DNA of 64,000 nt. It comes from Oopsacas minuta. Taxonomy: Eukaryota > Animalia > Porifera. The notes beneath the pieces were generated by a model, which saw only the letters and a program-made list of their open reading frames with translations, made no database searches and had not been told where the DNA came from. The translations under genes were made by a program, and so were the position numbers. Of this stretch, positions 62,944-64,000 are shown piece after piece. How positions within the stretch are numbered: the first letter of the stretch is position 1; each line of letters opens with the position of its first letter. Location of the stretch: NCBI GenBank assembly GCA_024704765.1, contig JAKMXF010000335.1, forward strand, positions 124,001-188,000. The letters are read 5' to 3'.

Positions 62944-64000
62944 TGTATGTTGTTACTGATAATTATTATTGAAGTTGAATTAACAGTGGGTTCGTAATGG
63001 CTCACCGATATCGGACATTACAAGTTACAACTAAGCCCTTTGCATTTTCTATTTGTAGTCCAAATAACAACGATAATCCGCTCATTTGTAAATTGGGAAA
63101 TCGACCAAGTTTACCCATAAATCTTCAAAAGATTCTTCCAGGAAAACCTGTAATTACCTATCTATTAGTTATATTACTCAATTCCCTAAAGATTATATGA
63201 TATAACTAGAATGGCCAAATGGATACAATATTGCTCTAAAAAATGCTATCCAATTCCAGACTACAAATCAATGGATTCATTATCCATAATCTTAATATTA
63301 ATCTTATAGGCAATATAAATATTATTTCTCCATACAATATCAGAGTTTATATTAGAGCTTTTTAATTGTCGAATATATTTTATGGGTAGTGACCGTGAAA
63401 CATATTTGTATTTATTTAATTCCGTAATATGTTTGTGGGTTAAATAGGAGTAGTATTATGTATTCCATTTACTGCTGCTATTGGACTTCCTAAAGTAGTA
63501 TATGGACTCGACTGGAAGTGGAAGGGTATAAAATGCTAAAAACAAAATTTAGTTCCCATTCATTTTAATGCAATTCATATTACTTATGCACTCGGAGAGT
63601 GCGTAATATTTTTGTTTTTTGAATCGGTACGTCTTACCCGAGTTCCACTGTACGTAGTTTCTATTATCTGTTTTGTACTGCAATTATAAAATGATCTAGT
63701 AATCCTCACCTGAATTATCATAACAGAACTACAATAATATAATATTAATAATCTTAGCTAATTATATAATTACAATATTTCACTGTATTGCACTTTAATA
63801 TGCACTAATTGTGTATCAGTGGTTCACGCATGTTTATTCTTTGTATTATGACTATCCTACAGCTTATAATGATTATAAATTCATAGGAGAGTAAGCCATA
63901 ATTGTCTAATTGTGGTCCAAGCAAGTAAAAGAGAATTGACCAATAATATATCGTATCACCCACGTGTAGAAGGAGTTTACTAAGGAATATATCTGCCTAG

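Noticed and set aside
1-64000. tRNA, rRNA or snRNA genes, a PPTase, or an autonomous transposase
   Set aside because: None recognised by eye; a tRNAscan-SE or Infernal run would be needed to exclude small RNAs formally.

Overview
AT-rich eukaryotic, animal-like genomic DNA: spliceosomal GT-AG introns, and GIT, MKP-type DUSP, MCMBP and XRCC2 homologs. The compact, mostly intronless gene style would fit an invertebrate such as a glass sponge, but the species cannot be determined from the sequence. The left 24 kb is gene-dense: D-glutamate cyclase (-), MCMBP (+), a giant spliced hybrid NRPS-PKS (+) and GIT (+). The main result is that the ORF-track fragments 5502-14297, 15226-15480, 15851-19999 and 20317-20676, plus one exon the track missed (14634-14822), splice in frame into one 13,818-nt CDS of about 4,605 aa. 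Its architecture is A(beta-Ala/Ebony-like)-T-C-A-T-(degenerate T)-C-A-T-KS-AT-(beta-lactamase fold with Cys at the Ser nucleophile position)-ACP-TauD/SyrP-like dioxygenase, with no TE, R, KR or E domain. The remaining 40 kb is a gene desert holding one DUSP (-), with XRCC2 (+) near the right end, and many TA-flanked CAGT...ACTG MITEs. The palindrome TGACGTCA occurs 11 times in the coding exons of the first three genes and was not found in the non-coding DNA by manual scan.
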